The notes under the pieces: model-generated
Told to the model about the DNA's origin: nothing
Seen by the model: the letters and a program-made list of their open reading frames with translations, nothing else
Database searches by the model: none
Position numbers and translations under genes: made by a program
Assembly: GCA_965644295.1 (NCBI GenBank)
Contig: CBFFRP010000487.1
Coordinates: 1-13,511 of the forward strand
Source: Paraphysomonas bandaiensis
Taxonomy: Eukaryota > Protista > Chrysophyceae
Direction: 5' to 3'
DNA: 13,511 nucleotides
In this document: positions 1 through 8,702 of the stretch, in pieces
Numbering within the stretch: position 1 is the first letter of the stretch
Layout: every line of letters starts with the position of its first letter

Positions 1-835
1 GCACCCAAGATCACTAGCACCAAGCTTTGGTCTAACTTAAAACAAGTGATAAACACCATAGAAGCATATATGCACACACACACACTCCTAACATGGTGCA
101 ACACACGTGGTGTCATCACACCACCACAGGTTGTGTAACTCTTCAATCAAAACTGAAAAATACACAGCAACCTGATAGGGAATGGCTCACCACCATATGC
201 CGAGAGTACACCGTATACTACGTATCTATACCCTACCAGAGACTGAAAACCCATAATCCAGGAAATACATAAATAGCTGTACATATAGTACGTATAGTAC
301 GCATACCACATTGCAATCCAACCCCAATAAGCCTTGCATGAACACTCGTGCACCTCAAGTGTATAATAGCGACTTCTCTCCTGTGATGGTCACATGTATT
401 TGCCCCCCTATAGGGTAGTACGGGTAATACATGTACATGTGTACGTATATGAGTAGTATACTGCAACTGCTACACAGGAATACGGGCCCACGTAACTTTG
501 ATATAAATTTGCAGCAGGTTTCACATCGTGACCGAAGTCACCAGCAGCAGATCATAGTCGTACATCATCAGCAGCAGATAAAAAATGTGGACATCATACC
601 TCAGAACGTTGGCCCAATATGTAGGTACACTGTGGTACAGTACCAAATGTCCAGAATGGTGTTGCATAATATGTATCCTGAACACAATGAAGGTCCTAAA
701 GCAATATATAGGGGTCCTGATATAGGGTCTTAAGCCAACATAGGGTCCTAAAAGCCAATGTAACCATGCATGTGACTCAATAGGGTGATACTATAGCCAC
801 GTAGATAGTGGCTGTGGAAATGCCACGTGGTCACA
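1..835 (-). repeat. 3' LTR of the Gypsy element (partial)
   Basis: Aligns to 7542-8367 (gcacccaagatcactagc... to ...gccacgtggtcaca). Homology stops at 835/8367, giving a TG start on the minus strand directly after the PPT. Confidence 0.95.
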
Positions 836-850
836 CTGCCTCCCTCCCCC
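836..850 (-). promoter_or_regulatory. Polypurine tract (plus-strand DNA primer)
   Basis: Minus strand reads GGGGGAGGGAGGCAG immediately before the TGTGAC LTR start. Confidence 0.92.
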
Positions 851-945
851 GTTTTGGTCGTCTACAGAATAGCATGCCTCCGGTATTCACAAATGCCAAC
901 GGGACTAGGTGTTACGTAGCCGTCAAAACGAAAATCCCCGGAGAA

Positions 946-1644
946 TTATAAGCTATGTAATAACAATTTGATATGGAATGGAATTGAGAGAGCAATAAGA
1001 ATGATGTGTCCAGCGTGGAACTTAATAAGACGGTGCCGGACCCGAGGATATTTGTTGGCAAAATCCTCGTCCACGAGTACCATTGTGCTGGCATTCACCT
1101 CGGAATGAACAAAGCAATGCACTAGGTAATTATCATAACGGTAGGTGCGGAGAGTGAGAAGATCCTTCACAGGATAAAACTCGCTTAGAGCTCTATGTGA
1201 TACCAGCGTGTAGAACTGGATAGGAGCTACATAAGTAAGCCTGAGGACAGAGTCTGGCAATTCCCAACTCATCGTACCAAGCATCACCATAAATTCGCAA
1301 ATCAACGATAAGGCTAGATCACCAGGTTGAAACCGAGTGATCGGTTGCCTGCGGAAATCCCGCGGATGTGTATTTCTTTGCATAGTCAGCAGTATAAATA
1401 AGATGGTAAAGATATCGTTTTCGAGAACAGAATCTGCAGCATAAGGAACGGAATCAAAAATATCCTTGCTGTAAGGGACTTCTCGGACATCTCCATCTTG
1501 AAAACGCACAGATGCGAAAACCATGGTAGATCGAACCTCTCTATCACCACGGTAATAAAGGATTTCATCAATAACATGTTGATCCTGATCCCGTAAAGCC
1601 ATTTTGTAAGCAGCATCAGAATCTCGCCGGAAACAATTTAACAT
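946..1644 (-). pseudogene. Frameshifted C-terminal extension of Pol integrase (chromodomain-like segment plus a second PGD-containing module)
   Basis: Overlaps the pol end and lacks a convincing start. QHVIDEILYYRGD...F..VRFQDG resembles the chromo pattern (Y/F)xVExIL..R...Y.V.W. An alternative frame near 1264-1308 gives VDLRIYGDAWYDELG, implying several indels (decay or sequencing error). Confidence 0.7.
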
Positions 1645-4600
1645 CGCTCACGGAAACACGAACCACTTGCCCAGTGGCGAGATGTTGACAGTCTACGTCA
1701 TTCTTGTACTGGGACTTGACTGAGAAAGGTCCCATATACCGGTGAGACATCTTAGGATGAACCTTTGCCCCTTTGTCAAATAAGACAAAATCTCCCGGTT
1801 GATACCTATTCTGTCTATCGGGATGCACACCTGTTCCTGCCCTCTCCGTGGCTAACTTTTGCTGATAAGCTTTGGAAGCCTCTCGGAGTTGGGCTAACTG
1901 ATCATTAAGCGCAGTGAGTCTAGCATGCGCCCGATCGGGAAGATCTTTGATATCCATGTTCAAATAGTCAAGATCCTTTGAGCCAAACGTCAACTCAAAA
2001 GGCGAAAATCCTGTTTCCGAAGACACTTCAGAATTTAGAAGATATTGAACACTTGCTAACCAACTAGGGTCCTCAAAGATGTCTTGTCGTTCCTCCCGTT
2101 CACTGTAATCATAGACCAGAGCACGTAGATGTCGAACTACTTCTCCAATAATTCTTTCACATCCATTTGCATGGCGATTGGCAATACTAAAAGTGTGCCG
2201 AACACCCATGTACTCCGTCAACTGTTTGAACAAATCTGAAGTCAAATCCGGTCCTTGATCCGAGATTATTAGATCTGTGTGACCGTAATGACTCCAGTAT
2301 TTCCATATAGTATTTGCAAGATTAAGAGCCGTCACACCTTTGACAGGTTCAAGGTACACAAACTTGGTGAAAAGATTGACCACCACGTTGATATGTGTAT
2401 ATCCCTCTGCACCGTGAGGTGTAATCTCAACAGCATCTATACCAATCGCGCTACGAGCATTTGGGGGCTTGAGATTTCGTACGATCGGGATAAGAGCCTC
2501 CTTCATAGCCAACCTCGTTTTCACACAATTTGGGCACTTAGAGATATAATCCTCAACAACCTTGTAAGGAATATTATGACCCGGGAACTCTTTGTTTAAG
2601 CGTATCCAGGTAGCCCTTCCCCCCATGTGTCCAACTCGCGCGTTATGAACCTCACGCAACGCCGTCTCCGGTGATACATGAGATGTTGGAGGGTCCCCAA
2701 TCTCTCGATCATCCGGGTTCATAAAGTTACCCAGAAAGTTAAAGTACTCATACTCATTACAGTCATCCCCCATGAAATAGGCGTCATCATATTCCTCCTC
2801 TGGGAATATTCCAGAGAGTATAGCAACCTGATGCTCTCTAGATAACCAGTCCGCCAACCAATTCTTGGCACCAGATATATGACGAATGCTGAAGTTGAAA
2901 GACTGCAAGAATATCCTCCATCGTGTAATCTTTGGAACATCCGAAGATTCCATCCACAATAAATTGTTATGGTCGGTCTCAATTGTGAATTGCTTGCCTA
3001 TTAAGTAATAAGCCAAGTGTTTAACACTGTAGAAAATTCCATATGCCTCTTGCTCTATAGTTGACCACTTCTGAGCTTGGGCAGAAAACTTTTTGGAAAT
3101 GAAAGCTATAGGCTGCCACTGTATGCTCCCATCCTCTAATATTTTCTTTTGCAATAACACTGAACCTATTCCCAACTCACTAGCGTCAGTACGCAATGTC
3201 CACTCAAGATTATAATCCGGATAAAACAGCTCACAAGCGTCTTGTAGTCCAGCAATGAAACGACGATACTCTGCCTCGTAGTCATGCCGCCATGTGGACT
3301 TATCCCAATTGAAACTCGACTTTGTCATGTCAGTCAAGTGAGCAACTAAATCAGAGTATCTAGGCGTAAAACTAGAAAAGAATACCCCTTTACCCAGCAA
3401 CGATCTGGCCTGTTTGGTGTTAGTAGGCATTGGAATCTTGCCGAGAGCCTCCTTCTTATCGGGATTAACCTCATATGACTTGTGACGGCAAACATATCCA
3501 AAGAAATCCACCTTTCTAAACCCCAACCAGCTTTTTGGCATCTTAAGTTTCACATTCCTTTCAATACATCTGTCAATGATCTTCTCGAACTTCTCATAAG
3601 CATCCCTGGCATCATTAGCCAATATAAGCATGTTATCGAAAATGACTATGGCCCACTCAGAGAAATCATCGAATATTTCTCTCACAGTTTCCTGTAAAAC
3701 ACCCGTGGCCGGAGCAATACCCTCTGGCATGAAATTAGGAGCAAATTGCCCCCAAGGCGTCTGAATTGATAGGCGCTCAGAAGTTTCATCATCTAATGGA
3801 ATTTGATGAAAAGCATTTGTTAAATCTATATCCATGTATAGCGGAAAGTTGATAATCTTGTCCAACTCATGCTTAACATTAGGAATCGTATAATTTCCCA
3901 CTTCCATGTGCTTGTTAATTTGCACATAGTCACCACAAAAACGGATGTATGGAGGAGTGGCTTTGGGAGCAACCACTAGGCATGAAGCCCAAGGAGAACG
4001 ACTCTTTCGGTAGAAATAGCCACACAGTCGCCGAAACTCCTTCTCCGAAGCCTCCCACAGCTTAGGATTGATCGGGCGAGCCTTTGGTTTCATTCGATCC
4101 GGGAGAGTGCTTTTCCATTTTAGAGACAAAGGGTCCACACCTCTCACACCGCTCCATTCGTCAGGCACGAACACTTTTTCAGCCTTCGTTGACAACAATT
4201 CCATAATCTTAGTTTCACTTTTCATTTCATCGCTGACATGAGTCTCTATCTGCTCATGATAGTCTTGGAGGGCTTCCTCCCTAGACTTTCCTAAGAATGT
4301 CAACGCATCCTTGAATTGAACCGGTAACTCAGTTTCCTCATCCTCTGGGGCAATAGCATCACTCGCTCTTGACCATGGGTGCACACGGTCATCAGAGTCA
4401 ACCGTGTCCCCTGCCAGAGATGACAACACATTCGAATTTTCATTATCGGAGACACCCTCGATTTGAGTGTCATGTGCCTCACGCATAACAGCACACATGA
4501 AAGGATATAATTTTCCAGTCAGCGCAGGCAACCCCAAAATAATATCATTACTCGTCATATCAATCACAAAGAATTCACCCGTATATTGATAGGTATGACT

Positions 4601-5026
4601 CTTCGGATCAGTCAGCACTAAATTTAATCTGACTCCTTCATTGAGATCCTTCACCGTTCTACTATCCGCCAATACCACACGGTGTTTAGCTTTATAAAAA
4701 CGGCTCGGTTCTAGTTTGTTCCGCAATCTGTCCACCAAATCCCTCGACACATAATTGGCTGAGAGGGCTCCAGTGTCACACAATATTTTTACTAACTCCT
4801 CTATTCCAAATTTTCTATCTAAAGTAATCCTTCCTATAGTGTGCGCTGAAGAGAAGCTCTTGGATGAAGGATAGCAGGCATACAGCTTAGCCTGATCCCC
4901 GATACAGACATTGGAGGAATTCGCAAACTCATTAAGGTCATTAGAATGCACTGAACATTCATCATTCTCATCACGAGTCTTTGAATTAGAATCCTCCCTG
5001 TCTGTATCGTTACATCCACCGAACCA
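1616..5026 (-). CDS. pol: Pol polyprotein: aspartic protease, reverse transcriptase, RNase H, integrase
   Basis: PR: ILCDTGA, DIILGLP. RT: SPWASCLVVAPK, RFCGDY, DIDLTNAFHQI, MPEG, IFDN, DFFGY. RH: TDAS, EQEA, TDH, ADWLSR. IN: HNARVGH...CPNC, GID, SDQG, NGCER, YMGPF. The frame is open from 5026, 25 codons upstream of the GTG at 4951. Confidence 0.97.
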   Translation of the reverse strand, partial: WFGGCNDTDREDSNSKTRDENDECSVHSNDLNEFANSSNVCIGDQAKLYACYPSSKSFSSAHTIGRITLDRKFGIEELVKILCDTGALSANYVSRDLVDRLRNKLEPSRFYKAKHRVVLADSRTVKDLNEGVRLNLVLTDPKSHTYQYTGEFFVIDMTSNDIILGLPALTGKLYPFMCAVMREAHDTQIEGVSDNENSNVLSSLAGDTVDSDDRVHPWSRASDAIAPEDEETELPVQFKDALTFLGKSREEALQDYHEQIETHVSDEMKSETKIMELLSTKAEKVFVPDEWSGVRGVDPLSLKWKSTLPDRMKPKARPINPKLWEASEKEFRRLCGYFYRKSRSPWASCLVVAPKATPPYIRFCGDYVQINKHMEVGNYTIPNVKHELDKIINFPLYMDIDLTNAFHQIPLDDETSERLSIQTPWGQFAPNFMPEGIAPATGVLQETVREIFDDFSEWAIVIFDNMLILANDARDAYEKFEKIIDRCIERNVKLKMPKSWLGFRKVDFFGYVCRHKSYEVNPDKKEALGKIPMPTNTKQARSLLGKGVFFSSFTPRYSDLVAHLTDMTKSSFNWDKSTWRHDYEAEYRRFIAGLQDACELFYPDYNLEWTLRTDASELGIGSVLLQKKILEDGSIQWQPIAFISKKFSAQAQKWSTIEQEAYGIFYSVKHLAYYLIGKQFTIETDHNNLLWMESSDVPKITRWRIFLQSFNFSIRHISGAKNWLADWLSREHQVAILSGIFPEEEYDDAYFMGDDCNEYEYFNFLGNFMNPDDREIGDPPTSHVSPETALREVHNARVGHMGGRATWIRLNKEFPGHNIPYKVVEDYISKCPNCVKTRLAMKEALIPIVRNLKPPNARSAIGIDAVEITPHGAEGYTHINVVVNLFTKFVYLEPVKGVTALNLANTIWKYWSHYGHTDLIISDQGPDLTSDLFKQLTEYMGVRHTFSIANRHANGCERIIGEVVRHLRALVYDYSEREERQDIFEDPSWLASVQYLLNSEVSSETGFSPFELTFGSKDLDYLNMDIKDLPDRAHARLTALNDQLAQLREASKAYQQKLATERAGTGVHPDRQNRYQPGDFVLFDKGAKVHPKMSHRYMGPFSVKSQYKNDVDCQHLATGQVVRVSVSDVKLFPARF

Positions 5027-6865
5027 TCAAGGGCGGGAATCACCGAAGTGATCCCTCCTCAAGATGGTCGGTTGTTTGTCCCTCTGCTCCGAACTTCCCG
5101 CAGACTTAAGATACGCATCGATCTTGTCCCGCATTTCGGACGCAGAATCCAACAGACATTTCGCATTATGATTATAAGGACAGTCTGTTTTGTCGCACTT
5201 GCCATACATGATTTTCCTAAGACACCCATACTTATCGGTCTTATTATTCTGAGCACCAGTGGGTCTGGAATGCATGGCTGACAGAGACCTATCTGAGTTA
5301 AAACGACGCTCCTCATCAACTGCTGCGTCCTTACCCGACATTGGTTTCACATCTGTCATCATAGCGACTTGTTTATCGTCATGTACCTCCAGATTGCTGG
5401 ACCGCCAAGTCTCACTCGGAGCATCCCACAAATCATCATCATTGGGTACATACCCATCATTATCATCCCACTCATCGTTATAGTTTCCTCCAGACTCATC
5501 GTAAGTATCTAGATGTGACACTTGCGAAACCCTTGGTTTAGAATCAACACGACTGTTCAACGAAGGTTTGTTGGACTGTTGAGAGAATAGTTCCTTTCTC
5601 CTCTTAAGATAGTCCTCGTGCTTCTGTTGAAACATCGTAGTCGACTCCATAGGTAACTGTCGGTACGCGATGGTTACTTGATAATGATCCAAGAGTACAG
5701 CCGAATACTCTTTGAAAAATTCGCTCATAGAGTCAAATTTATTAGTCGACATGCACCCCAACACATACTTAACATAGGTCCCGTCATTCAAAGTCTTAAA
5801 GAGTCTTATCAATCCGTACTCTTTGTCATCGATACGAGGACACCATGTTTTGTTTGAGACCAACATGATAGACAACATTGTTTGGAACGATTGCATCAAG
5901 TTCAATTGCTGATGATAGAATGCCTCAAAAGTCACAGCATTTACATACTTCCAGTCCATGATCTGGATATGTTTCAAGGAATCTCTGAGTTCATTATAAA
6001 ATGCCACGCAATTGAACACCTTGGTCTCCTGAGCCACAATGAGAAGCAAATCCGAAACATCCATTTGTGCCAGCTGCGCATGTGTGATGCTGTACACATT
6101 CCGCAGATGTGCCTTCAAACTGGTTGAAAGTACCTTTTGAATTCGCACCTCAGTTTCTTCTTGCTCTTGAAACTCTAAGATGTCTTTGATCGCTTTCGCC
6201 ACTTTACCCAACTTAAAGTCATTGATGCGAACATGACACCTCCTTTCCTCTCTAGTTATGGTAACTGTTTTGGCACTAGCCACCTCAGAACTTTTCTTCA
6301 AATCCCTGAATAACTTGCCCGCTTTCTTGCCCTTAAAGATGTTATCCATGAGGGTAAGCACATCATTAACACCATCACCATCAACATCGGGATTCGAACC
6401 ATCGTCCTCCTTGTTGCTATCTTCCTCCTGAGGAATAATGCGAAACTTAGCCATGTTTTCCAGAGTGGAATACCTCGGCTGACGTTTGTGTTTCGACGTG
6501 CGCTTGGTAACCTTTTGCCGCTGATGTGAGCCCACAGAAGCCTGAGACTGACTGCTCTCACCATCCTCAACATTTTGTACTCTATTCTCCAATATTTGCA
6601 TCCTGCTGCTGAGGTTAGACACTGCAGTAGCCACCTCTGTAAAAGACTGAGACATGGCACGAACTGTATCCAAAATCTCCTGGTTTGGATTGATGTTTGG
6701 AGCAGAAGACTCCTGAACAACATCCTGCACACCTCCAGCAGCGTCTTGTTTGGTTTCACCACTACCACCAGCGGCTTCCTGATCTTTCCCAGGAGTTTTC
6801 TTGCCGCCTCTCCTCGTTTTACCAGTCGGAGTTGACATGGTTAATGAGAAGAGCTTCCGCCTCAA
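5027..6865 (-). CDS. gag: Gag-like protein (about 600 aa) with C-terminal CCCH finger; likely start at ATG 6838 (MSTPTG)
   Basis: Long ORF directly upstream of and in frame with pol. It has a disordered or coiled-coil N-terminus, a helical-looking core and a Cys/His motif near the C-terminus. Assigned by position, not by recognised homology. Confidence 0.85.
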   Translation of the reverse strand: MRRKLFSLTMSTPTGKTRRGGKKTPGKDQEAAGGSGETKQDAAGGVQDVVQESSAPNINPNQEILDTVRAMSQSFTEVATAVSNLSSRMQILENRVQNVEDGESSQSQASVGSHQRQKVTKRTSKHKRQPRYSTLENMAKFRIIPQEEDSNKEDDGSNPDVDGDGVNDVLTLMDNIFKGKKAGKLFRDLKKSSEVASAKTVTITREERRCHVRINDFKLGKVAKAIKDILEFQEQEETEVRIQKVLSTSLKAHLRNVYSITHAQLAQMDVSDLLLIVAQETKVFNCVAFYNELRDSLKHIQIMDWKYVNAVTFEAFYHQQLNLMQSFQTMLSIMLVSNKTWCPRIDDKEYGLIRLFKTLNDGTYVKYVLGCMSTNKFDSMSEFFKEYSAVLLDHYQVTIAYRQLPMESTTMFQQKHEDYLKRRKELFSQQSNKPSLNSRVDSKPRVSQVSHLDTYDESGGNYNDEWDDNDGYVPNDDDLWDAPSETWRSSNLEVHDDKQVAMMTDVKPMSGKDAAVDEERRFNSDRSLSAMHSRPTGAQNNKTDKYGCLRKIMYGKCDKTDCPYNHNAKCLLDSASEMRDKIDAYLKSAGSSEQRDKQPTILRRDHFGDSRP

Positions 6866-6999
6866 AGACTATATCCACCAAACTTTTCCCTAACACACTG
6901 AGACAAGCAACCCTGGCAACTCCTAGAACCACTGACCCAGAACTCAACAACACACCACAAGACAAATCCCAAAGACAACCCTGCGTAAGAATCCAAAAA

Positions 7000-7025
7000 C
7001 TCAACACTCAACACTCAACACTCAA
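7000..7025. repeat. 7-bp tandem repeat (CTCAACA, about 3.7 copies) in the Gypsy 5' leader
   Basis: ctcaacactcaacactcaacactcaa read directly. Confidence 0.9.
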
Positions 7026-7116
7026 AACCCGTTGAACCCGTCGGATTTGTACAAGTGACAACAGTTAACACACAGGCGGTATCCACGGTCGATTGACTTC
7101 GAAAAGAACCGAATTT

Positions 7117-7128
7117 CCCCAGTCACCA
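7117..7128 (-). promoter_or_regulatory. Candidate primer-binding site of the Gypsy element
   Basis: Minus strand ...ACACA gtg TGGTGACTGGGG. TGG lies 3 nt after a CACA that mirrors the TGTG LTR start, and TGGTGAC resembles tRNA-Trp-type PBSs. It cannot be confirmed because the matching end of the other LTR is outside the window. Confidence 0.45.
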
Positions 7129-7131
7129 CAC

Positions 7132-8367
7132 TGTGTATCAAACAATCACCACTGAACAAAGAGCCTAGAGAACAACTACTGACAACTCACACCCAGAGAA
7201 CAACAGACAACCAACAACCACAAGCAACCGAAGGCAACAGACAACAAGCCCAAAGAATCAAGCCCAAAGAAGCGTGTCGCAGTTAGTTTCTTATAAGAGT
7301 GTGAAACAACAGCGCAAAGACAGAAATTTCTGTACGAGCAGTAAAGTAAATATTTACTATAACAACACCCGGTTTGATAACCAGGGTGTTGGCTCGTAAA
7401 CAATAAAACTACAACAACACCTACACTGAACCAACAAGCACAGTAATAACGGTATTATTATTAAAACACTTTTTTCCAAGTTTAGACCTAAACTCAGTTA
7501 GTGACTCCCGCGAAGAGTCACCGCGCAATGGTATACCGCTGGCACCCAAGATCACTAGCACCAAGCTTTGGTCTAACTTAAAACAAGTGATAAACACCAT
7601 AGAAGCATATATGCACACACACACACTCCTAACATGGTGCAACACACGTGGTGTCATCACACCACCACAGGTTGTGTAACTCTTCAATCAAAACTGAAAA
7701 ATACACAGCAACCTGATAGGGAATGGCTCACCACCATATGCCGAGAGTACACCGTATACTACGTATCTATACCCTACCAGAGACTGAAAACCCCATAATC
7801 CAGGAAATACATAAATACGGTACATATAGTACGTATAGTACGCATACCACATTGCAATCCAACCCCAATAAGCCTTGCATGAACACTCGTGCACCTCAAG
7901 TGTATAATAGCGACTTCTCTCCTGAGATGGTCACATGTATTTGCCCCCCTATAGGGTAGTACGGGTAATACATACATGTATGTATGTATATGGAAGTATA
8001 TACTGCAACTGCTACACAGGAATACGGGCCCACATAACTTTGATATAAATTTGCAGCAGGTTTCACATCGACCGAAGTCACCAGCAGCAGATCATAGTCG
8101 TACATCATCAGCAGCAGATAAAAATTGGACATCATACCCGAACGTTGGCTCAATATGTAGGTACACTGTGGTACATTACCAATGTCCAAATGGTGTTGCA
8201 TAATATGTATCCTGAACACAATGAAGGTCCTAAAGCAATATATAGGGTCCTGATATAGGGTCTTAAACCAACATAGGGTCCTAAAAGTCAATGTAACCAT
8301 GCATGTGACTCAATAGCGTGATACTATAGCCACGTAGATAGGGCATGGGAAATGCCACGTGGTCACA
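7132..8367 (-). repeat. 5' LTR of the Gypsy element (right boundary firm, left boundary tentative)
   Basis: 7542-8367 matches 1-835. Extension to 7132 is inferred only from the TGTG...CACA inverted termini and the candidate PBS. Confidence 0.8.
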
Positions 8368-8702
8368 TTTGGATGCCATTGCCCATCGTCCTCGTTCTTT
8401 GGTCGTTCCATTAGCCGTGTATGAATTCTTGTTGTTGTAAAAGAAATTCTTATATAATGTAGCTTATATCGGCGAATAAGTCCTTTCTTTGTACATATTA
8501 TTTGGTCTTCTCTCAGACCGTTTATTAACCCTTCGACTTCTCTGAATAGCCAAATCTTTTCCTCTGATGAGAGCAGTACCCGCTTGAGGTTTCTGTAGTT
8601 GTAGGCAACAGAACTTCTTGTATTTACAGGGCAACCTTGCAACCTCTCCGGGACTTGATTGGAAGACACGTCAATACTGTTATCTCTATCTACTGCTTCC
8701 AT
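8368..8702 (-). pseudogene. Broken ORF interrupted by the Gypsy insertion; possibly an N-terminal DNA-binding region of a DNA transposase
   Basis: Reads LSSEEKIWLFREVEG...TKKGLIRRYKLH and, after a frameshift, KNFFYNNKNSYTANGTTKERGRW up to the LTR edge. The helical, basic pattern ending in an RGR motif is only suggestive. Confidence 0.3.

Larger units (their letters stand above)
1..8367 (-). mobile_element. Ty3/Gypsy LTR retrotransposon, near full length (3' LTR truncated by window edge)
   Basis: Direct repeat 1-835 vs 7542-8367 flanks gag and a pol with PR-RT-RNaseH-IN order. The LTR starts TGTGAC on the minus strand and a PPT abuts the 3' LTR. Confidence 0.97.

Noticed and set aside
510-580. 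Hammerhead-like CTGATGA...GAAAC on the minus strand of the LTR
   Set aside because: Stem II does not close (U opposite U) and no stem I/III with a cleavage triplet could be built.
147-733. Short ORFs within the LTRs (and their counterparts at 7688-8300)
   Set aside because: Frames differ between the two LTR copies and show no recognisable domains.
946-1644. env-like or independent third ORF
   Set aside because: No signal peptide or convincing start; better explained as a frameshifted integrase tail.
5027-5029. UGA reassigned to Trp (alternative genetic code)
   Set aside because: The Trp-rich Pol frame contains no other in-frame TGA.
8564-8595. CTGATGAG plus a short stem, as a possible hammerhead
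   Set aside because: Followed by GAGG rather than GAAA, with no flanking stems.
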